64,000 nt of DNA from an uncultured Microbacterium sp. Its GTDB lineage: Bacteria > Actinomycetota > Actinomycetes > Actinomycetales > Microbacteriaceae. How positions within the stretch are numbered: the first letter of the stretch is position 1; the number at the start of each line of letters is the position of its first letter. Positions 53,538 to 62,591 of this stretch are shown piece after piece. Below the pieces are notes generated by a model. That model made no database searches. It was not told where the DNA came from and worked only from the letters and a program-made list of their open reading frames with translations. The stretch covers positions 8,434-72,433 of the forward strand of contig CAYOTY010000001.1 of the NCBI GenBank assembly GCA_964406995.1, read 5' to 3'. The position numbers and the translations under genes are program-made.

Positions 53538-55508
53538 CTATCCTCGCCGGGCGTCGCGGGCGGCGAGGCGGGCGAGCTCGGCGTTGTACGCCTCCAGCTC
53601 GGCGTCGCCGGTGCGGTCCGCATGGCGGTCGCGGCGCTTGGAGACACGCGCGTCGCTGCGGCTCCACAGGATCGCCACCGTCACCGCGAGGATCAGCGTC
53701 GGGATCTCCCCGATCGACCAGGCGATGCCGCCGCCGACGTACTGATCCTCCATCGGGGTCGCCCCCCAGGTGCGCCCGGTCGATCCGAACCACTCCGCGA
53801 GCATGAGTCCCGACTGCATCATCAGTGCCACGCCGAAGAAGGCGTGCATCGCCATGGTGGTGATGAGGGTGACCAGGCGGCCCGCATACGGCAGGCGGTA
53901 GGGCACCGGGTCGGAGCCGATGAGGCTCATCGTGAACAGGTAGCCGGAGATGAGGAAGTGGATGATCATCCACTGGTGACCCAGGTGGTCGTACATCGCC
54001 CAGCGGAACAGGTCGGTGAAGTAGAACGCCCACAGCGACAGGATGAAGATCGCCGCCGCGACGATCGGATGCGTCACGACGCGCGAGAACGGCGAGTGCA
54101 CCGCCCAGAGGATCCACTCGCGGCCGCCGCGCGTGCCGTCGCCGCGCTTGCGGATCGCGCGCAGCGCCAGCGTGATCGGTGCGCCGCCGACCAGCAGCAG
54201 GGGGATCCCCATGCCCAGCAGCATGTGCCCCAGCATGTGCACGCTGAACAGGAAGTCCTGGTAGAGGTTGATCGACCCGCTGGTGACCCAGATCAGCGCC
54301 AGGATGCCGCAGAGCCACAGCACCGTGCGGTGCACCGGCCAGCGATCGCCGCGGCGATGCAGCCGCCAGACGGCGGCGAGGTAGAAGAAGATGCCGAACG
54401 CGCCGGCGAGCAGCCACAGGATGTCGATCTGCCACATCGTCAGCCAGCGGATCGGCGTGAGCTCGGGCGGCAGGGGCTCCCCCATGAGGATCTCGGCGGG
54501 CGTGCGGGTCGCGGGCGGCTCCTCGCCGACCGGCGGCGCCGTACGCCCGAGAGCGGCGGCGGCTCCCGAGGCGACGCCCATGACGGCGAGCTCGGCGGCC
54601 ACGAAACGCCAGAACCACGCGGATGCGGCGGGCTGCTGCGCGATACGGGGGATCAGCCGCATCCGATACCAGAATCCGAACGCGCCGAGCACCACGAGCG
54701 CGGCGACCTTCGCGAGGAGGATCGCTCCGTAGGGGGTGAGCAGGTCGCCCCAGCGCTCCAGGGCGACGAGCGAACGGGTGATGCCGGATGCCGCCACCAC
54801 CACGAATGCGGCGAGCGCGATCGACGAGTAGCGGCGCAGGAGCGGCTCCCACTCCACGGCCGCGGTCCGCAGCAGCACGAGGAGGAGGAGCCCTCCCAGC
54901 CAGCCGGCAGCGGCCACCATGTGCAGCAGGATCGAGTTGACCGCCAGGCCGTGCCCGGCCAGATCGCCCGAGTGGCCGGTCGTCGCGATCGGGAGGAGGG
55001 TGAGGACGGCGAGCCCCGTCGTGAGAAGCGTCGTCGTCCAGCCGCGCCAGGCGAAGGTCGCCAGGGTGACCACGGCGCCCATCAAGGTCGCGATCGCCCA
55101 GGCCTGGCCGATCGGCAGCTGGAAGAGGAATCGGCCCAGCTGGGCACCGAACTCGCGCTCGGCGCTGATCTGCGGGTTGAAGACGGAGAGGAAGGTGAGG
55201 AACGTCGTCGTTCCGGCCGCCACCGTGAACAGGGCGGCCCCCACGGAGGCCGCATCGATCGCGAGGTCGAAGGGCTTCTCCTGCGCACGCAGCGCGAACA
55301 GCGCCAGCACGAGCGAGCCGATCATCACCGCCGCCGAGAGGTTCACCGTCAGGTTCGCGATCGGAAGGCCCCACCGCACGACCGCACCGGGATCCTGGAG
55401 CCGCGGGGGCGCGGCGCCGCCGCCGACCTGCAGCGAGATCACGAGAGCGACGAGAGCCGCGACACAGAGGATCGCAGGCCCGAGGGCCCGCAGGGCGCGC
55501 GGGTTCAC
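53538..55508 (-). CDS. CopD-CtaG fusion (cytochrome c oxidase assembly / copper handling)
   Basis: TGHS, H..AAAGWLGGL, SVHMLGHM, MHAFFG, DQYVGGGIAWSIGE. Confidence 0.9.
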   Translation of the reverse strand: MNPRALRALGPAILCVAALVALVISLQVGGGAAPPRLQDPGAVVRWGLPIANLTVNLSAAVMIGSLVLALFALRAQEKPFDLAIDAASVGAALFTVAAGTTTFLTFLSVFNPQISAEREFGAQLGRFLFQLPIGQAWAIATLMGAVVTLATFAWRGWTTTLLTTGLAVLTLLPIATTGHSGDLAGHGLAVNSILLHMVAAAGWLGGLLLLVLLRTAAVEWEPLLRRYSSIALAAFVVVAASGITRSLVALERWGDLLTPYGAILLAKVAALVVLGAFGFWYRMRLIPRIAQQPAASAWFWRFVAAELAVMGVASGAAAALGRTAPPVGEEPPATRTPAEILMGEPLPPELTPIRWLTMWQIDILWLLAGAFGIFFYLAAVWRLHRRGDRWPVHRTVLWLCGILALIWVTSGSINLYQDFLFSVHMLGHMLLGMGIPLLLVGGAPITLALRAIRKRGDGTRGGREWILWAVHSPFSRVVTHPIVAAAIFILSLWAFYFTDLFRWAMYDHLGHQWMIIHFLISGYLFTMSLIGSDPVPYRLPYAGRLVTLITTMAMHAFFGVALMMQSGLMLAEWFGSTGRTWGATPMEDQYVGGGIAWSIGEIPTLILAVTVAILWSRSDARVSKRRDRHADRTGDAELEAYNAELARLAARDARRG

Positions 55509-55570
55509 CCCTCCAGCCTACGTCCCCGCGCGGGGCGTCGTGCCCGCGCACGGTTCCGCTCCCGGACACG

Positions 55571-55606
55571 ACGAAGGCCGCCGCCCGGAGGGGCGGCGGC
55601 CTTCGT
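55571..55606 (-). terminator. Terminator after hup
   Basis: 16-bp perfect IR ACGAAGGCCGCCGCCC-GGAG-GGGCGGCGGCCTTCGT. Confidence 0.8.
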
Positions 55607-55618
55607 TGTGAGTCAGAG

Positions 55619-55903
55619 TTACTTGACGGCAGCCTTGAGCTTGGAGCCGGCCGTGACCTTGACGCGCTTGCCGGCCGGGATCTTGATCTCGGCGCCGGTC
55701 TGCGGGTTGCGGCCCGTACGGGCAGCGGTGGCGACCTGCTCGAAGGAGAGCCAGCCGGGGATCGAGACCTTCTTGCCCGCGGCGACGGCCTCAGAGACGT
55801 TTGCGAACAGCGAGTCGAGGACGCGCGAAACGGTCGCCTGGCTCTCGCCCGTTGCGGCAGCGAGCGCTGCGACGAGCTCGGTCTTGGTGATGTTGTCAGC
55901 CAT
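55619..55903 (-). CDS. hup: HU family DNA-binding protein
   Basis: TKTELV...ARTGRNPQTG.EIKIPA. Confidence 0.96.
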   Translation of the reverse strand: MADNITKTELVAALAAATGESQATVSRVLDSLFANVSEAVAAGKKVSIPGWLSFEQVATAARTGRNPQTGAEIKIPAGKRVKVTAGSKLKAAVK

Positions 55904-56195
55904 GTCTTCCTCCAGCGACGGTGATCACGCCGCATCGTATTTCTTTGGGCGAAGAGCGGATGCCCCTCGTCGGTCGATCAACCGCCTTGAATCTACCAAT
56001 GACGGGCGACTTTTCCGCGTGTTTCTGCGGGTTTCGGCGTATCCGGGGCGTGTCGTGGTTCACTTCTTTCACATCAGTCACACATGCCACACGACACGCG
56101 TGCTCCCATCGATGCGCAAGTGGGCAGCGGCCGCATCCGGGCGTGCGGAACTTCCGCCATCGGAGCGGGCATGCGGACCGCTGCAGGAACGCAGA

Positions 56196-56223
56196 AGGGC
56201 CGCATCCCGAAGGATGCGGCCCT
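56196..56223 (-). terminator. Terminator after rpsN
   Basis: AGGGCCGCATCC-CGAA-GGATGCGGCCCT; UUCG loop on the minus strand followed by UCU. Confidence 0.8.
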
Positions 56224-56237
56224 GAAGCGTGAGGTTC

Positions 56238-56543
56238 TTACCAGCTCGACTTGGTCACGCCGGGAAGCTCGCCCCGGTGGGCCATGTCGCGGAAGCGCAC
56301 GCGCGAGATGCCGAACTTCGACAGGTGGCCGCGGGGGCGGCCGTCGATGGCGTCGCGGTTGCGCACGCGCACCGGCGAGGCGTTGCGCGGCAGCTTCTGC
56401 AGGCCGACGCGAGCGGCCTCGCGGGCCTCGTCGGTCGCGTTGGGGTCGACCAGGGTCTTCTTCAGCTCGGCGCGACGCTCGGCGTAGCGCTCGACGACAG
56501 CCTTGCGCTGCTCGTTGCGGGCGATCTTGCTCTTCTTCGCCAT
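56238..56543 (-). CDS. rpsN: 30S ribosomal protein S14 (101-aa, Zn-free C-minus type)
   Basis: [10 protein letters not shown]...[19 protein letters not shown]...[11 protein letters not shown]; no Cys. Confidence 0.97.
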   Translation of the reverse strand: MAKKSKIARNEQRKAVVERYAERRAELKKTLVDPNATDEAREAARVGLQKLPRNASPVRVRNRDAIDGRPRGHLSKFGISRVRFRDMAHRGELPGVTKSSW

Positions 56544-56545
56544 GG

Positions 56546-56716
56546 TTAACGCTCCTCGCGGAATTCGACGTGCTGACGGATGATCGGGTCGTACTTCTTC
56601 AGCACGAGACGGTCGGGGGTGTTGCGGCGGTTCTTCCTGGTCACGTAGGTGTACCCCGTGCCCGCCGTCGAACGCAGCTTGATGATCGGACGGACGTCTT
56701 GAACCTTCTTCGCCAT
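56546..56716 (-). CDS. rpmG: 50S ribosomal protein L33 (C-minus type)
   Basis: Below the ORF-track cutoff; manual translation [56 protein letters not shown]. Confidence 0.96.
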   Translation of the reverse strand: MAKKVQDVRPIIKLRSTAGTGYTYVTRKNRRNTPDRLVLKKYDPIIRQHVEFREER

Positions 56717-56952
56717 CAGAGCTTCACACCCTTCGCGATTAGATCCTTCACGACGTTCTCAATGCCGCGGGCGTCGATGACCTTGATGCCCTTGGCCGAG
56801 ACGTTCAGCGTGACCTTGCGGCCGAGCGACGGAACGTAGTACGTCTTGCGCTGCACGTTCGGGTCGAAGCGGCGCTTCGTCCGGCGGTGCGAGTGCGAGA
56901 TGTTGTGACCGAAGCCGGGAACAGCTCCTGTCACCTGGCACACTGCTGCCAT
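56716..56952 (-). CDS. rpmB: 50S ribosomal protein L28
   Basis: MAAVCQVTG...[18 protein letters not shown]. Confidence 0.97.
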   Translation of the reverse strand: MAAVCQVTGAVPGFGHNISHSHRRTKRRFDPNVQRKTYYVPSLGRKVTLNVSAKGIKVIDARGIENVVKDLIAKGVKL

Positions 56953-57090
56953 AGTGATACTCCTTCAGTACCGTGGGGCCGGACGGCCCCACCCAAGATC
57001 CCTTGTCTGCACCCCGCACCGAGCACGATCTTGCGATCGAAGAAGGGCGAGGGGTACGAACTGCACGCAGGAGAGCGTGCAGACAAAGGG

Positions 57091-57792
57091 TCAGTCTAGC
57101 ACGCCCGCGATCCCGCGCGTGCCGGACCGCGCGGCCTCGGCCGCCCCGCGGCCCCAGCGGAAGGGCGATACCGAGCGGTCGGCGGGGATCCAGAATCGCC
57201 AGGGGTAAGCGGCCGTGCCCGCGACGCCGGCAACCCCCACGCGCGGGCCGGCGGCGACCTCGGCCGGCGGCCCGCCCAGCCACAGCTCCGCGGACGCACC
57301 CGCAAGCGCCTCGCCCGTGATCGCGTCGATCCCGTCGTGCGCCGGGTTGCGCAACCCCACGGCCTGGCCGAGCCGCCCGGGGCCGCGGGCGAGGTCGCGC
57401 CCGCGGCGGTTCGTGCGGATGGCGGCGGCATCCTCGCCCTCGACGATCCATCCCGCCCGCAGCAGCACACCACCGGCCTCCCCCGCCGGCCCGCACACGA
57501 TGTTGACGCAGGAGTGGATCCCGTGGCTGAGATAGATGTAAAGGTGCCCGGGCTCGCCCCACATCGTCGCATTGCGCGCACTCGGCCCGCTACGGGCGTG
57601 AGACCCCGGATCGGGCACGGGACCGGTGCCGCGCCCGTGGTAGGCCTCGACCTCGGTGATCCGCAGCGCCACCTGGGCGTCCGCGACCGTGGTGCGCAGG
57701 ACGGCACCCAGCAGCAGCGGGGCGACCTGAACGGGCAAGCCCTCGAGATCCGAGCGCTCCGCACGGCGGAGCGCGGCATCCGGCCCGTTCAC
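57091..57792 (-). CDS. mpg: 3-methyladenine DNA glycosylase (MPG/AAG family)
   Basis: ITEVEAY, DPGSH, YIYLSHGIH, VLLRA, RGPGRL, GPRVGV, PWRF; GTG 57792 overlaps the upstream stop. Confidence 0.92.
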   Translation of the reverse strand: MNGPDAALRRAERSDLEGLPVQVAPLLLGAVLRTTVADAQVALRITEVEAYHGRGTGPVPDPGSHARSGPSARNATMWGEPGHLYIYLSHGIHSCVNIVCGPAGEAGGVLLRAGWIVEGEDAAAIRTNRRGRDLARGPGRLGQAVGLRNPAHDGIDAITGEALAGASAELWLGGPPAEVAAGPRVGVAGVAGTAAYPWRFWIPADRSVSPFRWGRGAAEAARSGTRGIAGVLD

Positions 57793-59381
57793 ATCCGTGG
57801 CCCCAGCGCGCACCACGACACGTTGAATCCCGCGAGCACGGCGATCGGGTCGCCCGTGCGCAGGTTCATCAGGTGCGTCTCGGTGCGCTCGGGCATCGCC
57901 AGCATCAGGTCGTCATAGGGGTTGGAGACGAGGTTGGGGGCCACCGTGATCGCGAGGTACTGTCCGCTCGGCGATGCGCACGCCTGCAGGATCGCGTCCG
58001 TCTCGCCCACCTCGAAGACGGCCGTCGCCGCTCCTGCGTCGTCGACGCGGACGATCAGCTGTCCCACCGGCATCCCGTCCTCGTCCCGGGCGATGATGTG
58101 CTGGATCATGCCGCCGGGGAAGGGCGCCAGGGCCGCCGGCAGCCCGAAGTCGGGTTCGGAGGGCGCAAGCTCGGACTCCGAGCCGTCGGCGAGGTCGCGC
58201 CGCGCCAGCGTGCCGTCGACGAGCTGGATGATCGCCGCGTAGGTGCCGCGTTCGATGCCCTGGATCGCGATCACGATGCCAAGCGGCGAAGGATCCCCGG
58301 CAGTCGCGCGATCGTCGACGAACAAGGTGTTGTCGAAGTCGATGAACAACGCCGCGGCGGTATCGGGAACGAACTGCCACTCCACGACGCTGAGCTCCCG
58401 CCCGCTCACCGCGACGATCGACGGGACCCCGCCCGAGATCGCCTGGGTGACCAGCACACTCGCTCGTCCGCTGAACTCGGTGAGCTCGAAGTCGCTGTAC
58501 AAGTAACCGACCAGGCCACCACGGTCCGACACCTGCACGTCCTGCACGTAGCCCTCGCCGGGCAGCTCCAGCTCGTGGAGGAGCTGCCCGTCCAAGCCCA
58601 CCACGAGCAGGCGGTCGGCGCTCTCCTCCTCGACCGCAACGACCAGCCGGTCACCGGCGTCGCGGAAGGCGCTGATCCGCGGGTGCGAGAACACCGGGTG
58701 CGCGCTCTGACCGTCCAGGCCCGTGCGGAAGATCGTGTCGTCGCCGCTCGTGCGCTGCAGGAGGTACACCTCGGCCGGGGGGGTCGTGAAAGAGGTCGAC
58801 AGCTCGGCTGCCGGCCCGCCACCGATTCCCACCACTCCGGCGATCTTCACGGTGTATTCGGTGTCGCCGTCCAAGGGAATCGTGAAACGCACGCCGATGC
58901 TGCGACCCGCGGTGTCGATGGTGAAGGGCACCTCGGGAGTGACGACCACCTGCTGCCGTTCGATCGGCTGCAGTGGCTGGTTCGCGGTCAGGATGACGCG
59001 GCTGCCGGAGAGCTGGATCGCCTCGTGCGGGTCGACCTGCACCGCGGTCAGACGCGGCCCCTGACCAAGGCTATAGGCGGCAAGGCCTGCTGAGACGAGG
59101 GCGAGGACGGCTATCACCGCCGCCAGACCGAGAAGAAAGCGTCCGCGCCTCGGGCGGGTGGGGGCGCTGTGCTCGTCGCGCGGGCCGGACTCGGTGTATG
59201 CGTACCGGATGCCGGGCTCAGTATGAATACCGCTCGCGTCCGTTCCATGGGGCGTCCAGGCGGGCGGATCACCGAGCACCGCGTCGCCGGATGGTGTGTC
59301 CTCCGCAGCGGCACGCTCGGCCGCTTCGCGCTGCGCCCGCGCCTCCGCGCGGGTGAGCGGCGGCGTCTCGTCAGAACTCAT
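57789..59381 (-). CDS. Membrane-anchored protein with Ig-like domain and beta-propeller-like region
   Basis: Single TM, then PLDGDTEYTV...SFTT Ig-like pattern and TolB-like repeats; overlaps the upstream gene. Confidence 0.7.
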   Translation of the reverse strand: MSSDETPPLTRAEARAQREAAERAAAEDTPSGDAVLGDPPAWTPHGTDASGIHTEPGIRYAYTESGPRDEHSAPTRPRRGRFLLGLAAVIAVLALVSAGLAAYSLGQGPRLTAVQVDPHEAIQLSGSRVILTANQPLQPIERQQVVVTPEVPFTIDTAGRSIGVRFTIPLDGDTEYTVKIAGVVGIGGGPAAELSTSFTTPPAEVYLLQRTSGDDTIFRTGLDGQSAHPVFSHPRISAFRDAGDRLVVAVEEESADRLLVVGLDGQLLHELELPGEGYVQDVQVSDRGGLVGYLYSDFELTEFSGRASVLVTQAISGGVPSIVAVSGRELSVVEWQFVPDTAAALFIDFDNTLFVDDRATAGDPSPLGIVIAIQGIERGTYAAIIQLVDGTLARRDLADGSESELAPSEPDFGLPAALAPFPGGMIQHIIARDEDGMPVGQLIVRVDDAGAATAVFEVGETDAILQACASPSGQYLAITVAPNLVSNPYDDLMLAMPERTETHLMNLRTGDPIAVLAGFNVSWCALGPRM

Positions 59382-60141
59382 AGGGCGACCAGGGTTCGGG
59401 AGTCGGCTCGACGGTATCCGGATCGATCCACAGCGATCCGTCCGCGGTCGCGCGCACGGTGCCGGTGATGTTCACCCAGTCGCCGACGACGAAGTCCGTC
59501 GCCCAGCCGCGGATCGCCACGGGCACGGCGGCGGGCTGCGCGTCGATCACGCAGTGCGTGATGACCATGCGCGTCAGGCGCACCTCGTCGGGATTCTGCC
59601 CGGAGGGCGTGATGAAACCGGTGAGCGTGACCGGGGATCCGTCGTACTTCTCCGGGCGCGTCGCGCTGGCGAACACGGTCGCCCAGTCTCCGATGCCGTA
59701 GAAGCTGGTGTCGCCCTCGCCGAGCACGATGTTGTCGGCCCCCGCGAAAAGGGTGCCCGCGTCAGTGGCGCGCGACATCGCCAGCTCGACCGAGAGCGAA
59801 GCGGGCGGCAGCACGAGGGCCGCGACCACGATGACGGTGGCGGTCATCCCGGCGACCGCGCTGCCCGCGCGGGTCCAGGGGGGCGGTTCATGCGAGTGGT
59901 CATGGTCGTGGTCGTGCCCGTGATCCTCCTCGGCACCGAGCGGGAGCGTGCAGGACCACAGTGCGCCCAGAAGCGTCACGACAGCCGCGGCGCAGGCGAA
60001 CCAGACGGTCTCGGGCGCGATGTAGAGAGTGAGACGCTCGGTGGCCGCGAGCACCAGGATCGTCACCGAGAGCAGGGACGCCAGGCCCACCCCAAGCCAG
60101 CGCGTGGCCAGGGATCGGCGAGTGAGGGCGGCGTCAGACAA
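59371..60141 (-). CDS. TIGR03943/DUF1980 (YcgQ-like) putative permease subunit
   Basis: LYIAP, His-rich loop DHGHDHDHDHSH, RMVITHCVIDA, PYEF. Confidence 0.85.
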   Translation of the reverse strand: MSDAALTRRSLATRWLGVGLASLLSVTILVLAATERLTLYIAPETVWFACAAAVVTLLGALWSCTLPLGAEEDHGHDHDHDHSHEPPPWTRAGSAVAGMTATVIVVAALVLPPASLSVELAMSRATDAGTLFAGADNIVLGEGDTSFYGIGDWATVFASATRPEKYDGSPVTLTGFITPSGQNPDEVRLTRMVITHCVIDAQPAAVPVAIRGWATDFVVGDWVNITGTVRATADGSLWIDPDTVEPTPEPWSPYEF

Positions 60142-61162
60142 AGACGTTCACCCCGATCCCGATCGCAAAGGCCGACAGCAGTACGACGGCCACGACGCCC
60201 GCCAGCGTGCGAGCGGTGAAAGTCGTGCGCATGAGCGCCAGCATCTTGATGTCCACGAGCGGGCCTACGAGCAGGAAGGCCACGATCGCACCGGGCGAGA
60301 AGGTCGCGGCGAAGGACAGCGCGAAGAAGGCGTCTACATTCGAGCAGATCGCGACGACCATCGCGAGCGCCATCATCGCGACGATCGACAGCACCGGATT
60401 CGAACCGATCGCGAGCAGCGCATCGCGCGGGATGAGCACCTGCACCGCACCCGCGAGCGCCGAACCGATCACGAGCGCGGGCATCACCGCGCGCAGCTCT
60501 ATGAGGAACTGGGTGAGGCTGCGGCGCATGGGAGTGCCCGGCGTCAGCGCGACCCGCTCGCAGGTCGCGACAAAGCGCTCGGTGAGCAGCGCATCGGGGT
60601 CGGGGTGCCGACTGTAGATCCAGCCGATGAGGTTGGCGATGAGATACCCGCCGGCCAGGCGCGCGATGAGGATCCCGGCGTCCCAGCCGAACGCGGCGTG
60701 GGTGGTGACGATGACGATCGGGTTCACGATGGGCGCAGCCATGAGGAAGGTCATCGCCTCGGCGGGGTTGAGCCCCCGCATCATGAGACCGCGCGCGAAG
60801 GGCACGTTGCCGCACTCGCACACCGGGATCAGCATCCCGAGCAGCGCCAGCACCGCGCGCCGTGCCCAGGCCCGCCGCGGCAGCCAGCGGTGAATGAGAT
60901 CCGGCGGCAGCCACACCTGCACCAGGATCGAGAGCAGGACCCCCAGCACGATGAACGGCATCGCCTCGAAGAGCACGCTGAGGCTCAGCGTCAAGCCGTC
61001 CTGAACCCGGTGGGGGAGCGATACCTCGAACAGCGAGGGGGCGAACAGCTCGATGCCTACCAGCACGGCGAGCACGACAAGGCCCGCCACGAGGCCCCAG
61101 ACGGGCGACCTGCGGGGGCGGTCGTGCCGGTGGCGATGATGCGACGTGGTCGTGGTGCTCAC
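60134..61162 (-). CDS. DUF318/YcgR-like permease
   Basis: EAMPF, PVCECGNVP, AAPIVNP, ICSNVDAF, GPLVDIK; GTG 61162 overlaps the zur stop. Confidence 0.88.
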   Translation of the reverse strand: MSTTTTSHHRHRHDRPRRSPVWGLVAGLVVLAVLVGIELFAPSLFEVSLPHRVQDGLTLSLSVLFEAMPFIVLGVLLSILVQVWLPPDLIHRWLPRRAWARRAVLALLGMLIPVCECGNVPFARGLMMRGLNPAEAMTFLMAAPIVNPIVIVTTHAAFGWDAGILIARLAGGYLIANLIGWIYSRHPDPDALLTERFVATCERVALTPGTPMRRSLTQFLIELRAVMPALVIGSALAGAVQVLIPRDALLAIGSNPVLSIVAMMALAMVVAICSNVDAFFALSFAATFSPGAIVAFLLVGPLVDIKMLALMRTTFTARTLAGVVAVVLLSAFAIGIGVNVFV

Positions 61163-61569
61163 GCCGGCGTCCCCTCCCCGGCGGCATCCGCACAGGCCCC
61201 GCAGGTCCCGAAGATGTCGATGACGTGCTGGGCGTCGCGGAAGCCGTGCGCCGCTGCGGTGCGCCGCGCCCACTCCTCGACCTCGGAGGCCTCGATCTCG
61301 ACCGTCAGCCCGCAGCTCCGGCAGATGAGGTGGTGGTGGTGCGCTTGGGTGATACAGGCGCGATACAGTGCCTCGCCCTCCGGGCTCTGCAGTGTGTCGG
61401 CATCGCCCGCGGTGGCCAGGCCCGCGAGTGCCCGGTAGACCGTCGCAAGCCCGATCCCGGTCCCGTCGTGGCGCAGCGTCGCGTGCAGGCTCTGCGCGCT
61501 CACGAACCCCTGCGCATCGGCGAGCGCTTCGCGCACTCGCTCGCGCTGCCAGGTGTTGCGCTGAGCCAT
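61159..61569 (-). CDS. zur: Fur family regulator, Zur-like
   Basis: GLATVYRAL, HHHHLICRSCG, GTCGAC; within a zinc transport cluster. Confidence 0.85.
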   Translation of the reverse strand: MAQRNTWQRERVREALADAQGFVSAQSLHATLRHDGTGIGLATVYRALAGLATAGDADTLQSPEGEALYRACITQAHHHHLICRSCGLTVEIEASEVEEWARRTAAAHGFRDAQHVIDIFGTCGACADAAGEGTPA

Positions 61570-61641
61570 GCCTCGAGTCTAGGCCGCCGCCCTTGGCAGA
61601 GCCTGGGTGCCGGGCCCTTGCCTCCGTCCAGCCTCTCTCGA

Positions 61642-61703
61642 TGCTCCGGTCGCACTTTCGGCTGTTGTCAGCATCCTTTCCAGCCCTTTCTGAGACCGGA
61701 GCA
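61642..61703. repeat. Small inverted-repeat element (13-bp arms, 1 mismatch, 36-bp spacer)
   Basis: TGCTCCGGTCGCA ... TGAGACCGGAGCA. Confidence 0.55.
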
Positions 61704-61721
61704 CTGGGCGGGCCGCGACTG

Positions 61722-62591
61722 TCAGACCGTGCGGCGGGTCACGCGGCCCCGACGACGCTGGATCAGCCAGCACACGATGTAGATCAGGAACGAGATCGTC
61801 GTGATGTAGGGGCTCACCGGCAGCGTGCCCGCGAGGGCCAGCAGGATCCCGCCCGTTGCCGAGACGAAACCGAAGACGGCCGCGAGCACGGGCACCGCAA
61901 CGGGTCCGTTGGCGACGCGCATCGCCGCCGCAGCGGGGGTCACCAGCAGCGCCATGACCAGCAGCGCTCCGATGATGTGCACGCTCACCGCGACGATGAG
62001 GCCCAGCAGCACCATGAACGCGAGCCCGACCCTACGGGTGGGAACCCCGCGTGCCTCGGCGGAGATCGGGTCGAGGGATGCGAAGCGCAGCGGGTTCCAC
62101 ATCAGCAGGATGCCGAGGAGCACGAGAACGCTGATCGCGATCAGCCAGCCGAGGTCGGGGGTCGACACCGACACGATCTGGCCGGTGAGCAGACTGAACT
62201 TGTTCGCGCTGCGGCCATCGTAGAGCGAGAGAAAGAGGATGCCCAGACCCAGGCCGAAAGGCATCAGCACGCCGACGACCGAGTTGCGACTACGAGCGCG
62301 GGCACCCAGGATCCCGATGAGCACGGCCGCAGCGAGCGCCCCCCCGATCGACCCGGCGACGATGCTGCCGCCGAACAGGAGCGCTGCGGCGGCACCCGCG
62401 AAAGAGAGCTCGCTGACCCCGTGCACGGCGAAGGGCAGATCGCGCTGCATGACGAAGACGCCGACGAGCCCGCCGACGATGCCGAGCACGGCCGCAGCGA
62501 TGATCGAGTTCGCCAGCAGCGCCACGAGCGCGCCGTAATCCTGGAACGAGAACACGTCGCTCCAGTCGATCAGGGGACGGATGCCGCTCAC
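61722..62591 (-). CDS. znuB: Zn/Mn ABC transporter permease
   Basis: HGVSELSFAG, IIGALLVMALLVTPAAAA. Confidence 0.9.
   Translation of the reverse strand: MSGIRPLIDWSDVFSFQDYGALVALLANSIIAAAVLGIVGGLVGVFVMQRDLPFAVHGVSELSFAGAAAALLFGGSIVAGSIGGALAAAVLIGILGARARSRNSVVGVLMPFGLGLGILFLSLYDGRSANKFSLLTGQIVSVSTPDLGWLIAISVLVLLGILLMWNPLRFASLDPISAEARGVPTRRVGLAFMVLLGLIVAVSVHIIGALLVMALLVTPAAAAMRVANGPVAVPVLAAVFGFVSATGGILLALAGTLPVSPYITTISFLIYIVCWLIQRRRGRVTRRTV

Noticed and set aside
53482-56225. 900-aa (+) and 817-aa (-) ORFs
   Set aside because: Shadow or alternate frames over CopD-CtaG and hup; Arg/Pro/Gly-rich with no motifs
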